Shown here: piece by piece, positions 9,870 to 19,549 of the stretch
Position numbering within the stretch: the stretch's first letter is position 1
Layout: each line of letters begins with the position of its first letter
Assembly: GCA_964527215.1 (NCBI GenBank)
Contig: CAZGNZ010000001.1
Span: 129,276-193,275, forward strand
Direction of reading: 5' to 3'
Length of the DNA stretch: 64,000 nucleotides
Source: an uncultured bacterium
GTDB taxonomy: Bacteria > Fidelibacterota > Marinisomatia > SCGC-AAA003-L08 > JACNLC01
Notes under the pieces: generated by a model
The model's input: only the letters and a program-made list of their open reading frames with translations
What the model was told of the DNA's origin: nothing
Database searches by the model: none
Position numbers and translations under genes: made by a program

Positions 9870-10420
9870 ATTTTGTCAAAACCGATATACCTGGTGTAAT
9901 GATTGTTGAATCAGAAGTCTTTGGCGACGATCGGGGATTTTTTGCAGAAACATTTCATTCAGGGAAATTTGCGGATCACGGAATCAATGCGGAGTTCAGG
10001 CAGGATAACCATGTTCGTTCCGCCTATGGTGTACTCCGGGGTTTGCATTTCCAGAATCCTCCGTTTGCCCAGGGAAAACTGCTGAAAGCAGTCGTCGGGG
10101 AAATATTTGATGTGGCAGTGGACATTCGTGACAATTCTCCAACGTTCGGCCGCTGGGTGGGAGTAACGTTGTCGGCAGAAAATAAACGCCAGCTGTACAT
10201 TCCGCCCGGTTTTGCGCACGGTTACTGTGTGACATCCGAGATTTCCGAAGTTATTTACAAATGCACTGAACTGTATCATCCTGAAAGTGAGGGTGGAATT
10301 CGCTGGAATGATCCGGAAATCGGCATAAAATGGCCGGTTGCAGATCCGCTGCTGTCCGACAAAGATCAAAAACAGCCCTATTTCCGTGAACTGGTTCAGG
10401 CTGATTCCAGGAATGCATAA
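9866..10420 (+). CDS. rfbC: dTDP-4-dehydrorhamnose 3,5-epimerase
   Basis: …[13 protein letters not shown]…RGLHFQ…[20 protein letters not shown]… is the RmlC cupin signature. The start overlaps the rfbA stop as ATGA. Confidence 0.95.
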   Translation: MNFVKTDIPGVMIVESEVFGDDRGFFAETFHSGKFADHGINAEFRQDNHVRSAYGVLRGLHFQNPPFAQGKLLKAVVGEIFDVAVDIRDNSPTFGRWVGVTLSAENKRQLYIPPGFAHGYCVTSEISEVIYKCTELYHPESEGGIRWNDPEIGIKWPVADPLLSDKDQKQPYFRELVQADSRNA

Positions 10421-10438
10421 CCATATTCGAGCAAAACA

Positions 10439-12064
10439 ATGTATCAGAACCTGAATTCAACAAAACAGTCGAAACGATCCTGGGTGACTGCAGTCATCGC
10501 ATTGTTCTGTATTCATCCCCTCCTGTTTTCGCAGCTGATTAAAAATCCACTTATCCCGGACATTCCTGTTGAGTTGGAGTCATCTGCACCGGCTTCCGGG
10601 CAGTTGGAATTTCCGGACCAGACGGCTGAAACCGTCATTTTGGAAAGCACCATCGATCCGGAGGAATATGTTATCGGTCCGGGAGATGTTTTTGCATTCA
10701 ACATGGTGTCTGCCGACGGGATTGTCAATCTGACCCTGGAAGTATCGCCGACCGGTGATCTGCTGGTACCCGTAATCGGTCTGATAGCGGTAGATAAACT
10801 TACGCTGGCATCTGCAATTCGCTTCATCCGCGAACAGTGCCTGGCCCGGTACGAGAATGCCTCTATCCATGTAACGCTGAAGGAACTGCGTCAGTTCAAA
10901 GTGCTGGTGGTGGGTCCGGTGACTTTGCCTGGATTCATAAAGGTTAATCCGATGACGCGCATTTCAGATATTGCAAATGAAGTCTGCGGAGAAAATGAAG
11001 AGCATGAGGTTTCACACCGGAATATCAAACTGAAAAGGGGCGGCAAATGCATTCCTGTTGATCTGATTCGATTCTATATGTTTGGAGATAAAGATTTTAA
11101 TCCGCGTGTCATGCAGGATGATATTATTGAATTTCGTCTAAAAAATGAAGAAGTGGGTATTTTCGGGGGTGTTGAAAAATTTGGAAATTACGAGTATGTC
11201 AGAGGAGAAACACTTGAAACCCTGATCCATCTGGCTGGCGGATTCACAAAAAACGCAGATTCCACCAATATTGAGATCACCCGTTTTGTGAATGACACGG
11301 ATAAAACCGTTATCCAGATAGAGGATTACGTTCATGACAAATCCACGGTTCTGGAACCTGAAGATCATATTATTATCCGCAGAAAACGAGATTACAAACG
11401 GAAAGACCTCGCAAATGTCTCCGGTGAGGTAAAATATCCAGGCACATACTCCATCGAAGCAGGCATTACCACGATAGGTGACCTGATTCAGCGGGCCGGC
11501 GGATTTTCAAAACGTGCCGATCAGGGGAAAATAAATGTAAATAATAAAGATATCACCAACGTTCTCGATATAGAACTGGCAAGGATAAATCTGATTCCTC
11601 ATGAAGACCGCAGTGATGCGGAAAAAGCCTATATCAAAGCACGTTCCAGAATTCCCAAGGGAAGGATATCATCCGCCTCAATTGAGTTTACACGGATTGT
11701 GATGAGCTTTCCGCTGCAGCGGGACGATACAGTGGACATACCGGCCCTTCAGGAGTATGTGGAAATCCTTGGAGCAGTGGTGCACCCGGGCAGGTATCCG
11801 CTGGACAGGAATCGGACATGGAGCAGTTATATTGATCAGGCCGGCGGAATGACAAAAACGGCCACACGGCAGAAGTATTTAATCAAACACAGTACCGGGC
11901 AGAGGATTCCGCTGTCGCCGGATATTATTATCGAAAACGGAGATGTGATATTTATCGCGGAGAAGCTTGAGTACAATAAGTGGGAACGATTTAAGGAATT
12001 CATGGCGATCGGCGGTCAGCTGGCGGCCATTATCGCCGTGATACAGAATGCATTGGCCAACTGA
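10439..12064 (+). CDS. Polysaccharide export protein (Wza-like, multiple SLBB/soluble-ligand-binding repeats)
   Basis: It has a signal-like N-terminus, then …YVIGPGDVFAFNM…PTGDLLVPVIG… (Poly_export-like), then repeated …V.I.G.V..PG.Y….. modules. Confidence 0.75.
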   Translation: MYQNLNSTKQSKRSWVTAVIALFCIHPLLFSQLIKNPLIPDIPVELESSAPASGQLEFPDQTAETVILESTIDPEEYVIGPGDVFAFNMVSADGIVNLTLEVSPTGDLLVPVIGLIAVDKLTLASAIRFIREQCLARYENASIHVTLKELRQFKVLVVGPVTLPGFIKVNPMTRISDIANEVCGENEEHEVSHRNIKLKRGGKCIPVDLIRFYMFGDKDFNPRVMQDDIIEFRLKNEEVGIFGGVEKFGNYEYVRGETLETLIHLAGGFTKNADSTNIEITRFVNDTDKTVIQIEDYVHDKSTVLEPEDHIIIRRKRDYKRKDLANVSGEVKYPGTYSIEAGITTIGDLIQRAGGFSKRADQGKINVNNKDITNVLDIELARINLIPHEDRSDAEKAYIKARSRIPKGRISSASIEFTRIVMSFPLQRDDTVDIPALQEYVEILGAVVHPGRYPLDRNRTWSSYIDQAGGMTKTATRQKYLIKHSTGQRIPLSPDIIIENGDVIFIAEKLEYNKWERFKEFMAIGGQLAAIIAVIQNALAN

Positions 12065-12304
12065 TTACCCTGCTGGAAACATCCATGAGATCCGTCACAG
12101 TGAAAAACCTGTTAAACGCTGCAGTGTTCAGTCAGGAAAGGGATTTTCAATGGACTCAAAAAATGGTCTCAACATATACACAGGTGAAATTTTACTCGTT
12201 TTTCTTCAAATGCCATGCAAAATTGATCATCGACAGAACCTCAGCACCGAGTCATCTGAATTATTCAGACTATCTGCAAACAGGACCGGTTTTTTAGTTT
12301 TGCA

Positions 12305-13618
12305 ATGAGTATCAGAGATTCCTGGAACATCCTAAATGGTTCTCTTGCAGCTTTCGGTCTGAAACTGCTGGGGGCCGGATTAACATTTATACTGCATATT
12401 TTGATCACCCGGAATCTGGGGGCGAGCTGGGCCGGCGTCTATTTTCTTTCACTTTCCATTGCCACCATCGCCACAATCATCAGTCGGGTCGGACTTGATA
12501 ATACTGTGGTGCGTCTCATGGCCGGATGTTCCGCTGCCGGTGACAATGCCGCTGTTCAGGGGGTATTTGCATCCAGTCTGCGCATTGTCCTTGCAGGCGG
12601 TGCCGTCAGTACGGTTGTGCTTTATCTGCTGGCACCAGTTATTTCTCATCATTTTTTTGAGAAACCTGAACTGGTGGTTCCCCTCCGTATCATGACTGTC
12701 CGAATTCTGCCGATCGCAGTTATCATGATTATCGGTGAATCCTTTCGGGGACTTAAACAGATTCGCCGATCTCAGATAACCCAGGTGATTTTGTTTCCAT
12801 TGTTCATGATAACGCTGCTGCTGGGGATTCCCGGGGATCTCAATGTTGAGCAGATCAGCTATCTGATGGTTTGCTGTGCGGTGGCGGCGATGCTCGCCGG
12901 ATTCGTGATCTGGAAGGTTTCCGCTCCTTCCCTGAAAAATATTCAGAGCCGGCATTGCGGAGAGAATCTCCTGACCGCCAGTTTGCCGCTTCTGACCATT
13001 GCCATACTGGATTTGGTTATTATGTGGAGTTCGACCATTTTCCTGGGGCTTTTTAATACAAACGCAGAAATCGGAATATACCAGGCAGCTTATCGAACGT
13101 CAACCATCACCAAATATACCCTGACGTCCATTGGAGTCATTGCTGCCCCCAGTTTTGCGGAACTGGTTCATCGCGGAGATCTGAACCGGCTGGCCGGGCT
13201 GACGCATAAGGTTACTGCCGTTATGGTCATTTCAACCCTGCCGGTGATCTGGGCTATTTTCCAGTTTGCAGATGAGATTTTGAGCCTTTTCGGAAATAAT
13301 TTTACCATTGGGACCACGGCACTGCTGATATTGACCTGCGGTCAGATTGTCAATGTATTGACAGGTCCCGTGAATCATCTGCTGGTAATGGGCGGATATG
13401 GCAGGGATTTGAGAAATGTCATTTTTTTCGCTGCAATTGCCATCATCCTGCTGAATGCCGTGTTAATTCCGGTTTACGGAATCAAGGGCGCTGCGCTGGC
13501 CAGTTCCGCGGCATTGGCAATTGAGAATTTGGGCGCTCTGATAATGGTTCGAATCAGACTGGGCTTCTGGACAACCCCGTTTTCGTTTCTGCACAGAGCC
13601 AGGCAGGCAGTAAGCTGA
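12305..13618 (+). CDS. Polysaccharide flippase, MOP/Wzx family
   Basis: A 437-aa protein that is hydrophobic throughout (about 12-14 TM segments), with a typical Wzx-like N-terminus (…LKLLGAGLTFILHILITRNLGASWAGVYFLSLSI…), set in a polysaccharide locus. Confidence 0.7.
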   Translation: MSIRDSWNILNGSLAAFGLKLLGAGLTFILHILITRNLGASWAGVYFLSLSIATIATIISRVGLDNTVVRLMAGCSAAGDNAAVQGVFASSLRIVLAGGAVSTVVLYLLAPVISHHFFEKPELVVPLRIMTVRILPIAVIMIIGESFRGLKQIRRSQITQVILFPLFMITLLLGIPGDLNVEQISYLMVCCAVAAMLAGFVIWKVSAPSLKNIQSRHCGENLLTASLPLLTIAILDLVIMWSSTIFLGLFNTNAEIGIYQAAYRTSTITKYTLTSIGVIAAPSFAELVHRGDLNRLAGLTHKVTAVMVISTLPVIWAIFQFADEILSLFGNNFTIGTTALLILTCGQIVNVLTGPVNHLLVMGGYGRDLRNVIFFAAIAIILLNAVLIPVYGIKGAALASSAALAIENLGALIMVRIRLGFWTTPFSFLHRARQAVS

Positions 13619-13744
13619 TTGTGAAATCGCGGCTCTGTACGGCTGTGGAAAAGATAAATTGACTTAGAATGACCACAGTATGTTTAATCAGAAAAAAGAC
13701 ATATTGTCGATAAATCAACATGTATCAAATTCGGGAATTACAAT

Positions 13745-14740
13745 ATGAATCCTCCTGAAAAAACAATGACCCTGCGCGAACTGATTCAATTGATCCGGCG
13801 TAAAATTCTGCTGATTGCCGCGATCACGGTAACAACCTCCAGCTTGGCATTTATCTACGGGCTGGTGAAAACGCCCTATTATCGGTCAACTGTTTCAATG
13901 TATCCTGTAAGTGATGAAGGGAACCTGAATGCATCTATGAACGGGCTGCAGGGAATAGCCAGTGCCTTCGGGTACAGCGTGGGCTCCGGCAGCTCAGCAT
14001 TTTACATACCGGATCTGGTGAACAGCCGGCGGCTGCTGCGAAGTGTTCTGGATCATCAGTGGCAGAATGAAAAATTCGACCGGCCGGTAGATCTGGTGAC
14101 GTATCTGGAAGTCGAAAAATCCATTGTGTATCGACTGAAGCTGCTCATCAGGGACGTGTTCACGGACATTCCTGATCAGACAGCAAAAATCTACGAGATT
14201 TCCCTGGAAGAGCTGAGTGAGTTGATTTCTGTAAAAGAAGAGGATTCCGGCCTGTTCACGATCTCGGTTTTGTCGGAAGAACCCCGGATGTCTGCAGATA
14301 TCGCCAATTACATTGCAGGATTTATCCAAACGTATATTGAGAAATACCTGAATGTGAAAGCCACCCGGAACCGTGAATTTATTGATGAAAGACTGCGCAG
14401 TGCCGAAGACGACCTCAGGCTTTCTGAGGAACAGCTGACAGAGTTTAGACAGCAAAACCCCATTGCATTGGATACACCCGAAAAACAGCTGGAAAGGGCC
14501 AGGCTGCTGCGCAATGTGCAGGTAAACCAGGAAGTGTATGTAACCCTGCGTCAGCAGTTCGAACTAGCAAAACTGGAAGAATTAAAAGAAAAACCCGCAG
14601 TCAACGTTCTTGATCCGGGTGAACCACCGGTAAAAAGTGCCAAACCCCGAAGACTGCTGATTCTGTTTACAACCTTTATGGTCACAGTGCTTCTGTCGGT
14701 TTCAGGGATTGCACTGAACGAATCTTATCTGAAAAACTGA
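13745..14740 (+). CDS. Chain-length determinant (Wzz/PCP family) protein
   Basis: It has an N-terminal TM (ILLIAAITVTTSSLAFIYGLV) and a long coiled-coil-like periplasmic region. It also has a proline-rich segment followed by a C-terminal TM (LLILFTTFMVTVLLSVSGIAL). Confidence 0.7.
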   Translation: MNPPEKTMTLRELIQLIRRKILLIAAITVTTSSLAFIYGLVKTPYYRSTVSMYPVSDEGNLNASMNGLQGIASAFGYSVGSGSSAFYIPDLVNSRRLLRSVLDHQWQNEKFDRPVDLVTYLEVEKSIVYRLKLLIRDVFTDIPDQTAKIYEISLEELSELISVKEEDSGLFTISVLSEEPRMSADIANYIAGFIQTYIEKYLNVKATRNREFIDERLRSAEDDLRLSEEQLTEFRQQNPIALDTPEKQLERARLLRNVQVNQEVYVTLRQQFELAKLEELKEKPAVNVLDPGEPPVKSAKPRRLLILFTTFMVTVLLSVSGIALNESYLKN

Positions 14741-14749
14741 TCTGTCCGT

Positions 14750-15991
14750 TTGTATTCGATTGCCTATATCTGTCTTTTTTCAGTTGTATTTTTCGCATCC
14801 CGGAAGTTGACGGGGCATTATCTGTCTCCGCCTGCCCTGATAACACTGCAATGGACCTTTTTTCTGGTTTTTGCCCTGGCCGCAGGATTCCGGTATATTG
14901 AAGACGGCATGGAACTTATCCTGCTGTTTACGGTGTTTTTTCTGCTTGGTTTTTATACCCTCAAATACCCCGACAAAGTACTGGATGTCCGTATATCCAT
15001 TCAGCAGTCCCGGTTTTTCAGCCTGCTTCTGCTGAGTCAGATTGTCTCACTTACCGGTGCATTTCTGTATCTGAAAACCATTATTGAAGCAGTAGGATCA
15101 ATTCAGACGATGTTCATCATCGGAGGGATTGTCCGCGAAAATATCCAGTTGGGGGAGATAGACATCCCGCTTATGATTCGAGTACTGAGCTATTTTGTAT
15201 TTCCCAATCTGATTCTGTCATTTCTTTACTTTTTTCTCTACAGACGAAAATATTTCATCTGGCTGACAGCGCTCAACATCTTAATCATCACTTTTGCAAT
15301 GATGGGACGTTTCTATCTGCTCCTCGGCATGTTATTTTCTTTCTGGTGCTGGTATTTTGGAATCAGTATGTTTCAAAACCGGAAACTTCGAAGCGTGGAT
15401 GTAAAAATCCTGAAAATTATACCTGTCGTTCTGCTGGCCGTATTTATCAGTTTTGCCGGTATTGAACGCATTCGAATCGGTGAACAGTATGAAATTCGGG
15501 ATTATGTCACACTGATCGACAAGATTCCCGTATATACATCCGGACAGATTTCTGCCCTGGGATATTTTAACACTCATTATCAAAACGAAGACCTGCTGTG
15601 GGGACAAATGATGTTCAGCGGAATATTTGATCTGTTGAAAATAGCAGATCGTCCGCCTGGTCTGTATCGGGATTTCATTATTGTTTCAGATCGCGGTGAT
15701 GAAGGAAATGTTTTTACAGGTTTCCGAGTGTTTATGGATGATTTCAGCTATCCGGGGTTTTTCCTGATATCATATCTTATCGGCTTATTCTGCTCAGTGT
15801 GCTACTATAAGATAACGCGGGAAAGACGGTTTTTCTTTTATCTGAACTCGTCCTATTTTTTTACATTTCTTGTCTGGTTGTTTGTTACCAGTATTACAAT
15901 ATACAACTCAATGATTTTTGGTCTGTTTTATCTGAATCTGTTTGTCTGGTTTCTGCGACCGGAAGCCGAATACAGTAATCATGCATCCTGA
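14750..15991 (+). CDS. Polytopic membrane protein, putative O-antigen/oligosaccharide repeat-unit polymerase (Wzy-like)
   Basis: A 413-aa aromatic-rich polytopic membrane protein with a larger loop region, located between wzz and the glycosyltransferases. It has a TTG start. The assignment rests on context and topology only. Confidence 0.45.
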   Translation: MYSIAYICLFSVVFFASRKLTGHYLSPPALITLQWTFFLVFALAAGFRYIEDGMELILLFTVFFLLGFYTLKYPDKVLDVRISIQQSRFFSLLLLSQIVSLTGAFLYLKTIIEAVGSIQTMFIIGGIVRENIQLGEIDIPLMIRVLSYFVFPNLILSFLYFFLYRRKYFIWLTALNILIITFAMMGRFYLLLGMLFSFWCWYFGISMFQNRKLRSVDVKILKIIPVVLLAVFISFAGIERIRIGEQYEIRDYVTLIDKIPVYTSGQISALGYFNTHYQNEDLLWGQMMFSGIFDLLKIADRPPGLYRDFIIVSDRGDEGNVFTGFRVFMDDFSYPGFFLISYLIGLFCSVCYYKITRERRFFFYLNSSYFFTFLVWLFVTSITIYNSMIFGLFYLNLFVWFLRPEAEYSNHAS

Positions 15992-17190
15992 TGTGGCACA
16001 AGGCTAAAAGTATCATCACTTTACTGGGCTCGGGAGTGTTTGCCACAATCGGGCTGGTACTTATTGCCTCCAACCGCTGGAGCATTCTCAGTGCTGAGGA
16101 TGTTGTCTTTATTCTGTTGTTTTTCCAATGGCAGGTATGGGGACTGACCATATGCAAGATGGGCACTGATCAAACAGTTTTCGCTCTTGTGACATCAAAG
16201 CCGGGATGCACTTTGGGTCTCGGGCGGTTTATGGCTTTGAGAAGTATTCCGCTTGTCCTGGGATTCACGTTGTTAATGGCAGTTGTGTTTAACGGATTGG
16301 TGGCAGCTATAGCCGGTCTGTCAATACTGTTGGATGTGGCTGCTTCCATCATGAGTTCAGAGTTGAATGCGCATCAGAAATTCAGAATCACGGCAACGGC
16401 CAATCTTCTGAACTATCCGTTGTTTTTTCTGCTGCTGCTGGTCTTCTCTTTTTGGATGTCTCTGGATCGCAATCTCACACTGCTGCTTTTTTTATCATCA
16501 AGCATCATTCGGTTTGTGTGGCTTGCCGGATTCCACAGAAAGACCCGCGGCAATGAGGTAATAGTGTCGCAGATCGTATTGGAAATGGGATTGCAGCAGG
16601 CAATGAATTATCTCCTCTTCCGGTTCGATTTGATTATCATCAGTGTCTCTCTTAAACTGGGGGAAATGGGGATGTCCGATCACATTGCAAATCAATATCT
16701 GTATCTGGCAAAATATCCGGAACTGATATCAAAAGCGGTGATGTATGCCGGATTTGTTCTGTTTCCGGTATTGTTTATCCAAAAGCCGATTCGACGGAAA
16801 ATTCAAAAGGTTCGTATCAACAGACAGTTACTGGTTCTTGCCGGGTACTGTCTCGCCGTTCTGGCAGGAAGCATGCTCTACATTTTTCTGTGGAATCAGC
16901 CAGAGGAACTGAACCGATCCTGGATAATTCCTTTTGCTGTCCATGGCCTGTTTGTAATGCCGGTGAATCTGCTGACATACTCCATGCTGAGACAGGGACA
17001 CATACGGCGTATCAACCGGAATCTTGTTATCAGTCTGACGTTGGCAGCTTTGCTGACTGTCGGCATGTTTTTTACACGATCCACCACCCTGCTGCTCTGG
17101 CTGGTACCTGTTCAATTGGGAATATTCACTCTGCAGGGATTGTTTTGCAGCTGGGGAAGCCCAAAATCCATTTATCGAAATGTAAATTGA
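15991..17190 (+). CDS. Polytopic membrane protein, second flippase-like (MOP-like) protein
   Basis: A 399-aa protein with about 10-12 TM segments. Its start overlaps the upstream stop as TGATG. The function is inferred from context only. Confidence 0.4.
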   Translation: MWHKAKSIITLLGSGVFATIGLVLIASNRWSILSAEDVVFILLFFQWQVWGLTICKMGTDQTVFALVTSKPGCTLGLGRFMALRSIPLVLGFTLLMAVVFNGLVAAIAGLSILLDVAASIMSSELNAHQKFRITATANLLNYPLFFLLLLVFSFWMSLDRNLTLLLFLSSSIIRFVWLAGFHRKTRGNEVIVSQIVLEMGLQQAMNYLLFRFDLIIISVSLKLGEMGMSDHIANQYLYLAKYPELISKAVMYAGFVLFPVLFIQKPIRRKIQKVRINRQLLVLAGYCLAVLAGSMLYIFLWNQPEELNRSWIIPFAVHGLFVMPVNLLTYSMLRQGHIRRINRNLVISLTLAALLTVGMFFTRSTTLLLWLVPVQLGIFTLQGLFCSWGSPKSIYRNVN

Positions 17191-17203
17191 GCAGGGATAC
17201 TAT

Positions 17204-18304
17204 ATGCCGGTCCTGAAGAAAATTCTATTTCTGCCCAAATATGCTCCTGCCGGCGCAAGTTCCAGGTATCGGACTTTTCAGTTTTTGGATCTTTTCCGTC
17301 AACAGGGAATCCATGCAGATGCTGTACCCTTTTTCAGTGACAGTTATGTAAAACATCTCTATTTTCATGAGCCCCTGAAGAAGATACTGAAGCTTCCGTG
17401 GTACTATCTGAGACGCATCGATAATGTTTTGAGAGCGGGAAAATATGATCTGGTTTTTATCGAAAAGGAACTGATACCCTATTTCCCAGGAATTCTTGAA
17501 CAGTATCTGTACAGGAGAAATATCCCTTACATACTTGATTATGACGATGCAGTATTTCATCATTATGATCAGAGCAGGGGATTGGGACGATTGTTTGCCG
17601 GGAAAATTCCGCGTATTCTCAGTAAAGCGAACGGTGTGATTGCTGGCAGTCCGTATCTGGCAGAGTATGCACAGCGATTTTCCGATAATGTCATTGAGAT
17701 ACCTACCGTAATCGATCTGCAGAAGTACCAATCACCAAAATCGGAATTTGGACAAACACCTGTGTTCGGCTGGCTGGGTTCTCCTTCCACCACTCATTAC
17801 ATCAACGGTTTAATTCCGCAAATATCAGAATTTCTTACCCGGTCCGGCAGCTGCATTCATCTAATAGGGTATGATTCATCTGCCTGGAAATGGGGACAGC
17901 AGGCCGCGATTCGAATTATTCCGTGGTCAGCAGAGGGTGAAATATCTGAAATAATGAAGTTGGATGTTGGATTGATGCCGCTGGATGATACACTCTGGTC
18001 AAAAGGAAAATGCGGATTTAAGCTGATTCAGTATATGGCATGCGGTTTACCGGTTATTGCTTCCGATATAGGTGTGAATCGTAAATTAATCGAACCTGGC
18101 CGGAACGGATTTCTGGTGAATACACGGAACGACTGGATTGAAGCGATGCAATACACCATGGAGCATAAAGGAAGATTGGCTGAAATGGGGCAGGAGGGTC
18201 GGAAAAAGGTCGAAGAGAAGTATAATCGCGATGCCGTATTTCCTGTGATGCTGGCGTTTTTGAAAAACTGTCTGAACAGGAAAGGACAGGTACGACACTT
18301 TTGA
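17204..18304 (+). CDS. Glycosyltransferase, GT4 (family 1-like)
   Basis: The C-terminal half carries the GT-B signature …LMPL…KGKCGFKLIQYMACGLPVIASDIGVNRKLIEPGRNGFL… (E-x7-E-like region). Confidence 0.8.
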   Translation: MPVLKKILFLPKYAPAGASSRYRTFQFLDLFRQQGIHADAVPFFSDSYVKHLYFHEPLKKILKLPWYYLRRIDNVLRAGKYDLVFIEKELIPYFPGILEQYLYRRNIPYILDYDDAVFHHYDQSRGLGRLFAGKIPRILSKANGVIAGSPYLAEYAQRFSDNVIEIPTVIDLQKYQSPKSEFGQTPVFGWLGSPSTTHYINGLIPQISEFLTRSGSCIHLIGYDSSAWKWGQQAAIRIIPWSAEGEISEIMKLDVGLMPLDDTLWSKGKCGFKLIQYMACGLPVIASDIGVNRKLIEPGRNGFLVNTRNDWIEAMQYTMEHKGRLAEMGQEGRKKVEEKYNRDAVFPVMLAFLKNCLNRKGQVRHF

Positions 18305-18318
18305 AATTAAAAACCAAA

Positions 18319-19449
18319 ATGAAAATCCTATTTGTTTCCAATACGTCCTGGTATCTTTTTAATTTTCGAAAACAACTGCTGAGCGAACTGGTTGAAATGG
18401 GAGTCGAGGTTCACGCTCTGGCTCCTTATGACCGGTATAGTGAAGGACTCAGGAAAATAGGTGTTTCTTATCATCATATCTCACTGTCGCGATCTGGAAT
18501 CAATCCGTTACTGGATGTTGTTTTTGCACTTCGTCTGCTTCGATTTTATTTTTCGCTGCGGCCGAATATTGTTCATCATTTCACCATAAAACCAGTCATT
18601 TTCGGCAGTATTACAGCTAATCTTTTTAAAAATATCAAAGTCGTGAATGCGATCCCGGGACTGGGGTATTCATTTAATCAAAAAGGCTTTATTCATAAGA
18701 TTGTGAAGCTGCTGTACAGAGTGGCAAACCGACCGGAAAGTCAGTATATATTCCAGAATCCTGATGATCAGGCATTGTTTCTGTCCAATCGATTCTGCTG
18801 CCCTGAGCAGTGTCACCTTATTCTCAGTTCCGGTGTTGATACGGAATGGTTCAAACCGGCCAATTCTTCCAGTCGAATGGTTCGGTTCGGACTGATGGGA
18901 CGAATGCTGAAAAGCAAGGGAGTTGAGTTGTATGTGGATGCAGCGAAGGCAGTGCATGATGCCGTTCCCAACACAATTTTCCAGATTTTGGGTGATCCCG
19001 ATGACGGACATCCGGACAGTGTATCCCGTGACTGGCTGGAATCGCTGTCCATAAATTATGATTATATTATCTGGGAACCTCATTTGGATGATGTGCGGCC
19101 CTTCTTTGGAAATATTGATATATTCGTACTGCCGACCTATTACCCGGAAGGCGTTCCCAGGTCTCTGACAGAAGCAGCAGCCTCCGGTCTGCCTCTGATT
19201 GCAACGGATACGCCGGGATGCAGAGAGATAATTTCTGACGGCTGCAATGGATACATGGTGCCGGTCAAAAATCTTGAACTGCTAACGGATCGTATGATGA
19301 AACTGGCTAGAGATACTGGGCTCAGGGCTGAAATGGGACAAGCCAGCCGAATGACCGCAAAGGAGAAATTCAGAGTTCAGGAAATCAATCGAATGACCCG
19401 GAATGTGTATCAGCTGCTCGGCTGCCGGGTCGACAGCCCTTCGGATTAG
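18319..19449 (+). CDS. Glycosyltransferase, GT4 (family 1-like)
   Basis: MKILFVSNTSWYLFNFR…VLPTYYPEGVPRSLTEAAASGLPLIATDTPGCREIISDGCNGYMV. I chose the ATG at 18319 over the track's TTG at 18301. Confidence 0.8.
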   Translation: MKILFVSNTSWYLFNFRKQLLSELVEMGVEVHALAPYDRYSEGLRKIGVSYHHISLSRSGINPLLDVVFALRLLRFYFSLRPNIVHHFTIKPVIFGSITANLFKNIKVVNAIPGLGYSFNQKGFIHKIVKLLYRVANRPESQYIFQNPDDQALFLSNRFCCPEQCHLILSSGVDTEWFKPANSSSRMVRFGLMGRMLKSKGVELYVDAAKAVHDAVPNTIFQILGDPDDGHPDSVSRDWLESLSINYDYIIWEPHLDDVRPFFGNIDIFVLPTYYPEGVPRSLTEAAASGLPLIATDTPGCREIISDGCNGYMVPVKNLELLTDRMMKLARDTGLRAEMGQASRMTAKEKFRVQEINRMTRNVYQLLGCRVDSPSD

Positions 19450-19549
19450 GAAATTATTGATCTTCCGACTGCATGCTTTTGTTTCGCGCACAAAAAACAT
19501 TGTTACACTTTTAAGGCAGAGTATTTTTTAACTGCCGCCAGGCAGCCGG

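Noticed and set aside
12048-12308. Two overlapping small ORFs (86 aa and 70 aa) in the wza-wzx intergenic gap.
   Set aside because: They have no Shine-Dalgarno, their composition is unlike the neighbouring genes, and they have no motifs. The gap is more likely a promoter or leader region.
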